64,000 bases of DNA from Neoechinorhynchus agilis (taxonomy: Eukaryota > Animalia > Acanthocephala): NCBI GenBank assembly GCA_051530055.1, contig CM121343.1, positions 4,124,389 through 4,188,388 on the forward strand, written 5' to 3'. Below the pieces are notes generated by a model, which was not told the origin of the DNA, did not search any database, and saw nothing but the letters and a program-made list of their open reading frames with translations. The position numbers and the translations under genes are program-made. Below, piece after piece: positions 11,346-22,579 of the stretch. Every line of letters starts with the position of its first letter. Positions within the stretch are counted from its first letter, which is position 1.

Positions 11346-12345
11346 ATGGAAAGTGAATGTCTTTTTCAGGTAGTTATTGATTTATATCATCAATACAATA
11401 TTCGGTATCGCTCAACAGTCGCAGGATATACATGATGGCTTTGGCGGACAAAGGGATAATGAAACTAATCAGCTACTCACTCTACCGTTCTGCACATCAC
11501 TGAACCCACAAGACATTGTGCACCATCACCATAACCCTTCGAGGATTGTTGACCATAGTGCAGAATTCGGAGACACTCTAGAGACGGGTCGGCATGTCCC
11601 GCGTAACGATATTCTACCTCCAACAAACGATGATATGGGTAATGTCAATGATGACCATTTTGGTCAATTCTCGGGTAGGTATCATCGAGGAATCCAAAAG
11701 TGCAATTTCCATAATTTTATCTAGGATTTAACGTTCAAATGAACGATTCTTACATTATCAGCAATCAAATCCTAAGTGGCGGAAGCAATGTGCTAGACAC
11801 CAACGGAGATGATGGCGTCCGGCACACTGGGGCGGATGGAAATGCGGATTTATTGGTAGAAGCGGATGATGCTTTGTCATTCGCAGCCGGAATGAAGATG
11901 ATGAAACGTAAGGCTGCTCCAACTTTGGCTACTGGAAGACGTAGCAAAGACGATACCGTCAGTATGGGTTTTATGACTTTTAGAATAAAATTGGATCTAT
12001 TGTAGCTGCCTCCGGACGAGCATGAGAAACGGCAACTTAGACGAGAACGGAATAAAATAGCAGCCGCGAAATGTCGAAGGAGGAGGGCGGACTTAACGAG
12101 GGAACTCGAAGAGGTAAAACCACTTTATTTGTGGTGAAAGTTGATTTTCTGATTAGAAGACAAGCAAATTAACTAACGAAAAAGAAGCTCTAGAAAGACA
12201 AATACTTCAATTAAGTGAAGATAAGTACAAACTGGAAAGCTTTATTATGACGCATCAAAAGTCTTGCGAGCGGTTTCGGAACGAGTTGAGGAATTCTGCG
12301 ATTCTTAATGAAATAGCAGCAAATATCAACCGGCGATCGGTCTAA
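11346..12345 (+). CDS. FOS: Fos-family bZIP transcription factor; 5 exons (11346-11369, 11419-11674, 11725-11957, 12006-12113, 12157-12345)
   Basis: Four GT-AG introns of 49, 50, 48 and 43 nt splice in frame. The basic region [36 protein letters not shown] is followed by the zipper [37 protein letters not shown]. The introns flank the basic region as in animal Fos genes. Confidence 0.88.
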
Positions 12346-13499
12346 AAACAGTGCACAGGTTGAAGATTCAATCTTCAAATTAAGATCGCGCCACGAAGAT
12401 AATTTTTACTGAGGTTGTTGTATTAAAATTCAAAATAAAGTCCTAAAGATAGCGACCGAGGTTGTTGCATTAAAATTCAGAATAGCCTTGTGAAAAACTA
12501 ATTCATTTGCCTGCCGCATGATTAGGGACACCGGACTTAGTGTAGAAACAAGTCGGTCAGGATCAACTTCATATTAAAAAAATTTTGTTTTTAAGGTGGC
12601 CGTTACGAGTATAATTATGAAAGGATGGGAATTTTGGTATGTGTACTAAATGGTTGTAAAAGAAGGGTTTAAAAGCCTTGAGATAGTTGGTGTAGTCTCC
12701 TATCCGTGTCCCAAAAGAGGAGGTTTCTTATTTGGGTATTAATAAAAAAAAGAGGTCTTGAGTGGGTTAATGTATATGTTTGTAATAAGAAACGTGGACC
12801 CAAAAAAGGGAGAGAGCGAATAGAAGGACTTTTACGTCATGAACAAGCAGAAATTGTTCAATCTTCAAACATCGTTGGGATCTGTTGGTGTTTTGAGGAA
12901 CCGATGCAAATAAAAAAAGTTAAAAGGCACCCAAATAGACGGATACGAAATTGGTCAAAGTAAAGCCTCCTTTATTAATTTGTTATTTATGAACACTAAA
13001 TGCTATTTGAAGAGACTAATATCCTCACTCGTAGCCTGAATTCTTAGCAATTAATACCTTCTTTACTTTCACTTACAGGATAGACTGAATATTCTATCTC
13101 GTAACTGATTACTTTGTTCAATAATCCGATTAAATGTCTTTAGGAACCGAATTAAGTATAAAATCGGGAATATCTTGGAGTCAATGCCTTTCAAACCCAA
13201 AACTACGAAACGCACCATTCATGGATACTAGCACGTTCTTACAGCCAATAGGAAACTGAGCATTCGGATAGATAAACCTGCGTTTCATTTTTCGATGCGT
13301 CAATATCATCATTTTTGGTGCTCATCACAAAAATGGCATCGCAAATAGGTAAGTGGGCGCGATCGAGGAAGGCGGGGCCGATTCCAAGGGTCGTCTCTAT
13401 CCGTACATCCACGGTCTTTCTATGACGAGGTTGCTAGTTTTTTGATGGTCGTCAAGAATTTGCCGTATTTCGCTTTACCGATGCGTCTTGCAATCTTAA

Positions 13500-16119
13500 T
13501 TGAGGTTTGTTAAGTTTACAAGTGGAAAAGACGGTCTTTTCGTTATCATCATTGGATTGAATGAAGTGTCCTCCAGAAGATTCTATTTACATAAAATGGG
13601 CTTTACGCTGAAATCGAACTCTGTATCGGTCTTTGAAATCTTGATGGGCAAACAAATTGATATGATTCCCAAACTCTTCGTAGAATTGATGACAGGCAGT
13701 AGAACTTCGGGAGTTTATTTGAAAACGATGTGTATTTATGCCACTGACCAAAATACCGGATTTTTGTTTCCTGTTAATAGATGGCTCTGTAATTGGAAAG
13801 GAGATAATAGAACAAACGCTCTTTTATATTTGGGACATTCTGGAGGACTCGCACACGCAAATTCATTTGTTCCCTTTTCCCTGACGGAACCCAAAACGAG
13901 TTTAACGCGTGCATTAGTTGTTGTGATCACTAAAGAAAGGAAGATACCTCTTAAGAAATGCGCTGGTTCCAGTACATCTCTATTATCCAACTAATAATAT
14001 AAATGGGTTTCTCGCTAATCAACAAGACATATTTCGAATTTTTTTACCGACCGTTGCGCTGGACATACACGATTCAGGTGGTCAAAGGAGATTGTCTTTC
14101 TGAACCACTTGTTTCAAATAGAAACGATGAGATTTAAATTAGATTTCGAAGATAAAGATGACGGAGCGCGCATTAGTTCTGTAGCTGTGCTCGTAACGGG
14201 CGACGGAAATGCTCCTATCAATTTTTATTTGAATCAATATTTCTGTGGATCCGAAATCGAATCGAACATTGCTATAAATCAACGGATCGATCATTTTGGT
14301 GTGTTTCCTGGTGCTTATGAAAAGTTTCAATCAGATGGAAGGGGAATAATCGACTCGTCGATAGAAACTACAATTGGAAACGAAAATAAGGTTTTTAAGT
14401 TATTTTCTGATAATGTAAAAGAAGGAACGCGATATCCTGAAGACATAATGACGATATACCGAGTGACAATTTAGACGGGGAATTCTGGATTTGACTCTGA
14501 TAATCCTAAATAAATCTCAAACTAACAAATATTCGTTTAAGAGGAACCAAAAGGACGAATTCTTTATTGTTTGGCAGGAAGTTGAAATAGTGAAAGCTTT
14601 TGTATAGGGACAGAGACCAACGAAAGTGAAAACTAAAGGATGTGGTGGTGGAGGATCTTATGAACGGACGGACTGTCAAATTTAATGGCAACGTGGCTCT
14701 AAAGATGATGGCCATGGTGTAACCATGATTTTCTATTCTACAGGAAAAAACGAATTGAACGTTTTTCAACGTCGTACTCTCACTTTACACGGCAAGGACA
14801 ATATTATCTACGCGACTGAAACGGTTAACCCGGCACTCAAAATGGCACTGTCTCGATATTATGCGTTCAGAAAGGCACTTAAACGTGGTTCAGAGCTGAC
14901 ACATTACACTCTGACGTTGAGACCCACATTCAAAGTTACCCCGGATGCCGACAAACTCTCCGATACCAGAGTTTCGCTTTTTGTGAAGCTAATTGACGCC
15001 AGAAACAATGTGAAATCGGAAACAGTTTAAGCAAGGAAAACCAGCTTCTCACGCGTTCTGTTTCCCTTTGTAGTCCAAAATTTATTAACGTTCATATTTC
15101 TCACCTTTATTCCCGTATAAACCTTTCCAGTGATATCCGGATCGTGTAGTCGTCTAAACAGAAATGTTAAATTTCTCTTTTTCATTGATCCAAATACCGA
15201 ATCTTCCGAAATCACGAAATGCCCGCATAGTTGTTCAGCTTAGCATTCCTTTTAAATGCCATGAAATCTTTATTTTTCAAGAACTTGTTGGTTTTTCTTG
15301 GGCGTAATGGAATGCATACAAACGAACAAGGATGGGTATTTTAGAGGGGAAATGAACGTCGTTGAACTTATCGATTTAGCCGAAGTCAAAGATGGTTTTG
15401 AATTTACGATATGGCACGATGCGGGTGATAAACTCGACTGGCCTATTCCGTATATGATTCTTCGCAAACATAAGACGCATGAGGAATTTCTGTTGAGGTT
15501 GACGTCTAACAGTTCATCTAAATCGAAATTTCGATCATTGACAATAAAAAGCGTGTTAAATACCAGTACGCACAGAACTGATCCAACGAACTACCGACTC
15601 TATGCCAAAATAGACAAACCGAACATTCGAAAATCCGAAACGTTCCATCTGGTAGTCTATTCCTCTCATGGAAATACCGATAGAATCAATGTTCGAGTAT
15701 TGGAACAGGACGTGATGAGACATATCATTTTTAAGAAAATTGATGATGGAATGCCGGTTGGAGACTTGGAAAGTATTGAATTGAGATTTGAAAGTGGCGA
15801 AGAAAGTAAAGTCCCGTGGTTCTGCGAGTATGTGGATTTGGTAAATGAAGCCGACAACGTATTTTATATGTTTGTGAATACGTCAATCGATCCTGTAAGC
15901 TTTGGTGATGGTGGTGAATTTGGATGGAAGCTGGAGTTGATAAATCGTTTTCCTGAAGAACTCAATTTCGACGCAGATGGAAAAACAATTAAAATTGTTT
16001 CTTCAAGAACAGAGGAAGATCTTTTTGACGGAAGCAAGTCCGAATTACCAATTAATGGAAGATTTGGATCTTTGATTAGGAGAATTAGATGTTACGTTTA
16101 TCTCAATGAAAAGCAATGA
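13500..16119 (+). pseudogene. Multi-PLAT/LH2-domain gene (LOXHD1-like, about 6 repeats) with a disrupted middle
   Basis: PLAT motifs include FLFPVNRWLCNWKGD, NGFLANQQDIFRI, YRVTI*TG, SFKRNQKDEFFI, *KLKDVVVEDL, *YPDRVVV and PWFCEYVDLVN. Several stops and frameshifts fall in about 14470-15310, while the flanks are long ORFs. Confidence 0.7.
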
Positions 16120-16457
16120 GAATTTTTCGCATTTGTTCTTAGTCGATGATCCATAATATTCTATCGCCACCGCTGGATTTTTATGATCTATAACCGAGAG
16201 TGCTCATGATTTTAGCGAAACTGAAACTTTGTTGAATTTTTCATAAGTGCAAGAATTTTGTGACGGAATCTTGTGAAATACAATTTGATTTCCCTTGTTT
16301 TAAGATTGAAACCTGAGCAGACTGTTTCGCCGAGGCAGGAAGTTGTATCCGCCAACAATGCGAGGGAGAGTTCTTGCTCGACAAACCCCAGAACTGCCCA
16401 AGAAAGTAGGACGAACTTTCCGCTTCGAAGTCGCTACTTTAAAACCCACTACTGCAC

Positions 16458-16496
16458 ATTTCTGAGGAAGCCGTAAGACGGCGAAAGCTCAGAAAT
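16458..16496 (+). ncRNA. Minimal type I hammerhead ribozyme
   Basis: The sequence reads UUU-CUGAGGA-A-GCCG(UAAGA)CGGC-GAAA-GCU-C-AGA. It has an intact core, a 4-bp stem II, a palindromic AGCU stem III and a CUC triplet. Confidence 0.7.
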
Positions 16497-17176
16497 ACTG
16501 ATTTTCTTTAAAACAAAAAATCTGTGACGGGAACGTTTTAGTCAACTCTCATGACCGTATCGGTCTTCTAACTGATCTCCAACGCTTCCCGATTTTACCC
16601 GGACAAAATCCTTGTTCATGTTTTTTTCAAGGCACAAACCTGATTTTTGCAAGTCGAACGTGTTCAATGCACTGTTCGATGGAAACAGATCGGCGAATCG
16701 AAATAGATGGACGATGCAATGAGACGTGGACATCTATTGAGATGGTGCCTAATGGTCTATTCTTATGTCTAAGGCGTAAATATTGATGCTGAGCCCCAAG
16801 AGAAAGAAATAATTGCAAAAAATCAATAATTGAATTTTCGTACGCTATCGATTTACGGATTCGTATGATTTTATCTTACCAGAATCTGCGCGGGTTACTA
16901 GACTTTAAAATATCTCAATTCGGTTCGTGTTTTCTAAGACGCTACCGAAATATTTTATCTGCTCTCTTGGCCATTTTAAACGAATTCTGGGCCCGTTTCA
17001 AATCGTTTTCAAGTATAGTACGAGGAGTGTGGCGATAGGCCGAGACTTCGTAATCTCCCAAGTCCGTATGTCCTTTTAAGGTTGCGTTCAAATCTACGAT
17101 GTATTATTCTCAGGTTAAAAAGCGAATAAATCCCACTGGTTTATGGACGTGCATCATGCACTAAATTTAATAAAGT

Positions 17177-18469
17177 TTAATCGTCCATCTGAACATAGTC
17201 ATTAATCATGGTATTTAAAGTAGATATTGAATCGCGTAATTGGTCAATCTCCATCCCCTCTTCTAAATAGTTATGTAGATAAGTGCTGTATTTGCACATC
17301 GTCTCAAGAGAATTCCTTAATCTCTGTAGGAGTTTAGATACAGAAGTCGATGTAGCCATCATGGATGCTGTCAAGTTTGCCGAGCAGCGACGTGTAGGAT
17401 TATTATAATTGGACACGAACATTGTGGGTCGCATACACTTCACAAAACCAAAGGTTCTTGCCTTAGATAATTTCCCAATCTCGTATTGAACATGTTCCAA
17501 GGAAACATCGTTACCGATAACGATAGCCGATGTTACATATTTGCCTTCTTGTGGACTGTACGAAGTGCACATATTATGGGGAGACAATACCTTTCTCATT
17601 AAATCTGTTGTTGACAATGCACTTGACCCCATCAATGGCGTGTCCTTGATTGGAAATATTGATTGGATTGCGAAGTTCATTGCTCTTTTAGGCACTAAGC
17701 TACACGCGAGTTTGCTCAAGTCCGAACTCATTGATGCCGGAAATCGTATACTTGTCGTTGTTCCAGCGAACACCCTTGCACTCAGTTCATTCTGGTCTTG
17801 TATAGTTGCACCACCAGGCAACGCTGCTTTAAAGCACAGGTTCTTTATTGCTTCACGATCCAGTGTGAGATTCAAGTCGGACATATCAGCCAAAAGTGGA
17901 AATGACAAAGCCGCATTTATGGACTCTAAACCATGATCTTCGAAATTCCTCGAAGGTACCATGACGTCGCAAACGATCGGTAGCTTCGAATATTCATCAC
18001 GCAGTGATTTCAAAACGAGTGTTCCATATCCTCCGCCACAGCCGCCAGAAACTGAATGCATGAGCTGGAATCCTTGAATATTGTCGCATGTTTCCAATTC
18101 AGCACGGATCAAGTCCCCAAAATCAGCTAAAGAACCGGAGCCATTTCCACAGTTGCATCGTGCCCAATTGCTCCTGGTCGTTCCTTTCGCTCTGTAAAAA
18201 GACGAGGGCCGAAAAAGTGCACCAAATTTACTTTTCCTAATAAATGAAAACGTCTCTGATTCAAAATCCATTAACAATGCCCTTGGCACATAACGTCCAC
18301 TTGATGCACTGTTAAAATACGTGTTCGCCTTGATTAAATGTCGGTCGCTTATATTTTGGGATACCTTGCCGTCGGCGTTAATTGCATGTTCATTTGCGAG
18401 AATCTTCCAAAATTCCGAGCCAACCACATTTCCCGCGTATCCAAAATGGATGGTTATTATTTCCCGCAT
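17177..18469 (-). CDS. Highly divergent beta-tubulin-like protein, intronless, 430 aa
   Basis: It begins with MREI and contains GRYVPRALLMDFE, FRPSSF, NWAR, CDNIQGFQLMHS, IRFPA..SDLSKLA..LVP and YLH.YLEEGME. It is colinear with beta-tubulin but very diverged and lacks the acidic tail. Confidence 0.9.
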   Translation of the reverse strand: MREIITIHFGYAGNVVGSEFWKILANEHAINADGKVSQNISDRHLIKANTYFNSASSGRYVPRALLMDFESETFSFIRKSKFGALFRPSSFYRAKGTTRSNWARCNCGNGSGSLADFGDLIRAELETCDNIQGFQLMHSVSGGCGGGYGTLVLKSLRDEYSKLPIVCDVMVPSRNFEDHGLESINAALSFPLLADMSDLNLTLDREAIKNLCFKAALPGGATIQDQNELSARVFAGTTTSIRFPASMSSDLSKLACSLVPKRAMNFAIQSIFPIKDTPLMGSSALSTTDLMRKVLSPHNMCTSYSPQEGKYVTSAIVIGNDVSLEHVQYEIGKLSKARTFGFVKCMRPTMFVSNYNNPTRRCSANLTASMMATSTSVSKLLQRLRNSLETMCKYSTYLHNYLEEGMEIDQLRDSISTLNTMINDYVQMDD

Positions 18470-19140
18470 GAATTGGACTCGAACTCAATAGAAAGGGCTG
18501 CTTGATTCACGATTTCTTTAAGAGACCTCTTGGTTTAGCTTTCGTTTCTATGGTAACCATTATAAAATGACTTTGGCCGCCGTTCTATTAAATCACCGCT
18601 GTGAATGGATGATCCTCGTGGTACCGAAGGTGGCGTCGTGGTCTCACTAACCTATGATGATCATAGATGAAATATCGCGAGGGTATGAAAAGTTCATGGA
18701 TGACGAATAGAATTTTTAATCGAGAATCGGTCCTGCGAGGTGGCTAAACTTGAAGCGCATGTTTATGTTCTCAGTGAACGCGACGGTTGAAAATATTCCG
18801 TGTAAGTAATTTGATAACGATATTGGACAAGGATATGTTTATAATTAAAAAGATCTCCCACTTTGCTGAAAAAACAATTTTTTGGCACTTCGCCAATATT
18901 ATGCTTTATGGGAAAAGCTGAAAAAAAGGAGGCGTTTGGAAACAGTGCTGGAAATGTCATCATAAGGAAAGTGTCTGAGGATTTTAAAAGACAAGAATTG
19001 CGATTTATTCATTCTCAAATGAGAATTCATCATTCAACAAATGGGTTAAATTTATGGTTCGATATCTTCTCAGGGTATAATAGAAATTTTTAAAAACATA
19101 ATATATTTTTAACAATTCAAACAATCTGTTTGAAGCACAC

Positions 19141-19944
19141 TCACCACCTCCCGCCGAATTCCAGCTTTTTTCCTTCCTCGATCGTCGCCATCACGCTGGC
19201 AGCATTGCCCCGTTGTACTGCCAGCGAGATATTTTGTCGAAGGAATACGCCTGCTCTTGAGTCTCCGGTTGCCTCTCTCAATTTCTTCGAGACATCCTGG
19301 AGCAGAGAGAGTGCCGAGCTGCCGAGCGCTCCATACGTCTCTACCCCAAAGGGGACAAAATAGTGAGCCCTCGATAAGTGAAGATATTTGCGTATTTTCC
19401 TTCCTTCCGCTGCACTGGCGGCACCACCGGCGATTTCGAGGGAGCAGGGGATGTTGCTGGCTACGAGGGTGTCCACACACGTGGCGTCCCAGAGAAGGCA
19501 TTTGCCCTCCTGCCACGGGAAGACCGAAATTCCATCGGGCCTACGGCCGTCTAGTCGACAAAGGTGGGCGGGTTCCAGGATGTTCGGAAAGTTTGCCGTT
19601 CTCAACGCCCGAGAAATTGCGTTATTGATTTCAGAATGGCGTGAAAACCTTCCTGCTGACCTTCTGCCGACGAGACCGTGTCGCCCGAAAGCATCAACCA
19701 TAGACCCACATCGACAGCGATGGGGCGTGCATAAGAACACTGCGATCCACGTTACCTCATCAATAAGAAGAGTTCCCACTAATGCCAGAGGAACAGCATC
19801 CAACCACGCCCCCAGATTCTCGTGTTGAAACTGCCAACAGTCTAGCTCGGACGACCATCGCGAGAACCTGAAAGCAGAGAGCTGTGAGCTCTCGCGACGA
19901 GAGGTCTGTCCCAGATAGACTGTCTGAGGCCATTCACGGAACAT
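19141..19944 (-). mobile_element. 3' fragment of a CRE-clade non-LTR retrotransposon (zinc knuckle plus restriction-like endonuclease)
   Basis: Motifs include CRCG..VD.FG.HGL, RH..IN.AI.RAL, RPDG..VFPW..GKCLLWDATCVDT, KIRKY, FVPFGVETYG and FLRQNISLAVQRGNAASV. Confidence 0.85.
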
Positions 19945-20019
19945 GGTTAGCCCCTGTCTGCTACTCCCGGTAATAGCATATTTGATTTATTGGAGATATT
20001 TCGCGAGGTTGTCTTGAAA

Positions 20020-21285
20020 GAAGACTAGCTGCCCATCTTGAGTCGCTGATGGCGACCATAAGCTCCCGAATCGACAGGGCGCTTATTTCTCTGGCAACTG
20101 CTGCCCCTCAGCCGAGCAAGAGAGCATATTGTCTCGAACAACGTGGACATACGCCTGCCTATTAATTTTTCAGCTGGGGTTATTTTGGTGACATTGTTCT
20201 CGGAATTTCTACAATTAAAAAGAAACGTCCATAATTCCTCTTGGTTAATATCACCGATTTTGTCCATCGTTCTTCGTTTGAAAGTACCAACCATTCGTTC
20301 TACCAGCCCATTCGCCTGAGGGTGATATGGACTCGATTTGATATGTTGAATTCTCTGTCCTTCACAAAATACTTCAAACTGTTCTGACGTGAATTCGGGA
20401 CCATTGTCGGAGACAATCTGTTTTGGAATTCTGAATTTGGCAAAGCAATCTTTGAGTTTGGCTATCACACTACCGGTCGTTGCTCTACTTCCCAAGTTCC
20501 AAATCTCCGGCCACTTACTCGTGGAATCCACTAACAGCAAAAACATCTTATCATAGACGGGCCCTGCCAAATCGATGTGAAGTCTTGTTCATGGTGTAGC
20601 TGGAATGCCCGATGGATACATCGGTTGTCTTTTCTTCAGAACTCTTCGCCCCTGGCAGTGTTTGCATTGATTGACGAAGATTCCCGCGTCTGCTCCAATT
20701 TCGGCCACCAAACATAATGTCTTGATAGGTTTCTCACGGCCTTGATGCCCGGATGACAGTCGTGGAGCACACTCAACACTGCTGGGCGCAATTGCTTACT
20801 AATGACAATTCTTTGTTGCATCATGAGCATGCCGTTTTCCTCTGACAATTCGCTTCTTCGGTCCCAGTATTTCTTTTCATCTCCATCCATCTTGAGTTCC
20901 CAACCGTATTTCAAAAACCTGACTATTCTTTGAGTCTCATCATCGTATTTCGTAGCCTCGATAATCGTCCTTCTTGATAGCTGACATTGTTCGGCACTTT
21001 CGTTCTGAATCGTGAACAACTTCTTGGCGTCGACAGTGCTCTCGTTTGCTTCTAGACTTAATGGATTGGGTAAGCGAGATAGACAATCTTCGTACAAATT
21101 CGTTTTGCCCTTCACATATCTCACATCGTAATCGTACTCGCCCAAAAGGATCGCCCAACGTTGCTTAATGTTCTGTTTTCTCCAAATATATGCCTTAACG
21201 GTTGATGATCCGTTTCGATCGTGAAGTGTCGGCCAAAAAGATATGAAACCTCTTGACCCCGTATACGATAGCCAGCGTTTTTAGT
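20020..21285 (-). mobile_element. Decayed Ty3/gypsy pol fragment (RNase H end plus integrase)
   Basis: It shows LAIVYGVKRFH-like and TDHQPL-like RNase H motifs, YDYDVRYVKGKTN..DCLSRLP, LHDCHPGI, LLLVDSTSKWPE, IVSDNGPEFTS and SSPYHPQANGLVER, broken by frameshifts. Confidence 0.9.
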
Positions 21286-21420
21286 GAGAAGTCCAGTGTG
21301 ATTGGTCGAAATATTCCAATTAAAGTGATTATTTGATATAATTCCCCTCCCGCCACATACTCATAGATTTTATCTTTAACTCGACTTTTATTGGAACTTC
21401 ATCCATACTGAGATGCGTTC

Positions 21421-21837
21421 CTAATCTTTCGGATGTAGCGCGCCTTCCGACAGCCAATCCCCGAAGATCTGAAAGTACTTGAGGTACAGTAGTATTTCAG
21501 CTTCATCACAATCGCATGAGTCCTCCATTTCCGGCATTTGCAATTGTTCCTTAGTGTGGGACGTTGCGCCTAATGCCTGGTCCCCATCACTCGTGCCATG
21601 AACAAGGGCCAGCATTTCCTGCACACGAAAGGCGATAACTTCCAAATGCTCAATCAAAGCATTTCTTAGCTCGGTATTCATTTGCACTTGGTCCGGAGTT
21701 TGCGATGTCGCGCCAAATGCCTGGTCCGCATTGCTCCTGCCTTGAACAAGGGCCGGCATTTCCTGTAAACGAAAGGCAACAACCTCTAAATGCTCAATCA
21801 ATGCATCTATTTGTTCGGTATTCATCTGCGGTGGCAC
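21421..21837 (-). CDS. Orphan ORF or exon with an internal 48-aa (144-bp) duplication
   Basis: MNTEQIDALIEHLEVVAFRLQEMPALVQGRSNADQAFGATSQTPDQVQ is followed by MNTELRNALIEHLEVIAFRVQEMLALVHGTSDGDQALGATSHTKEQLQ, with the frame kept intact. Confidence 0.4.
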   Translation of the reverse strand: MPPQMNTEQIDALIEHLEVVAFRLQEMPALVQGRSNADQAFGATSQTPDQVQMNTELRNALIEHLEVIAFRVQEMLALVHGTSDGDQALGATSHTKEQLQMPEMEDSCDCDEAEILLYLKYFQIFGDWLSEGALHPKD

Positions 21838-22579
21838 TCTTCCAAGACGAAGTATCCACTATTTTCCGCTACAATGGTCAAATATGTGTTGTCCTTCCTT
21901 CTGTTCGCCGCAACAAAACCTCCTATGGTTGCGCGCCGGACATCCGGAAGAAGTCCTTGCTACAGCGACATGTGCAATTGTTCCTGAGTGTGCGACGGTA
22001 TTCAAGGTGGAACAAATGATGGCATTATTATCTTATCACCTGATTGTTCAGCGATTTAACGCAATAATATTTCTTAAACTCACTTAAAATAGATTTCAGT
22101 TAAAGATAAACGATTCCTCGATCGCGTAATACCGCCAAACATCCAGAAAACTTAAACGATTGTAATCGGAAGGGGAAAAAGAGGTAGATTCAATGCACAG
22201 CAACGAGCTCGCATGGAACGACGGATGATTTGAACGAGATATTAAGAATAGTTTAAGGGACCAATGTGCTTAAAACGTAGACAGTACGCGATGAAAATTG
22301 CTCAGCAAAGATATTTTTAGGAAGAGAGAAATGAATTTGTATTTGCTTTACAATTTATTCCTTTAGTCTATCAGCGCGGCGATCCAACGCGGCCATCAAG
22401 CAAGCAGCCGAACAAACATAACATTTGAAGACAACAAATTGTAGCACGTCGAAGAATGTCCTTTCTTTACTAAAATGTTGTTTATCGAGAAAAGACTTCA
22501 ATAGCAATTGTCGTAAATAAAATCCAAGATGCAATGTGAAAACGAATGCACGAGAATTCGTTCTTGTGGATTATGGCAA

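Noticed and set aside
14460-15140. Alternative genetic code (TGA=Trp, TAG/TAA=Gln) suggested by stops at conserved PLAT positions
   Set aside because: METAP1, tubulin, MYST and Fos have long frames with no internal stops, use TGG for Trp and end on standard stops. The same stretch also needs frameshifts.
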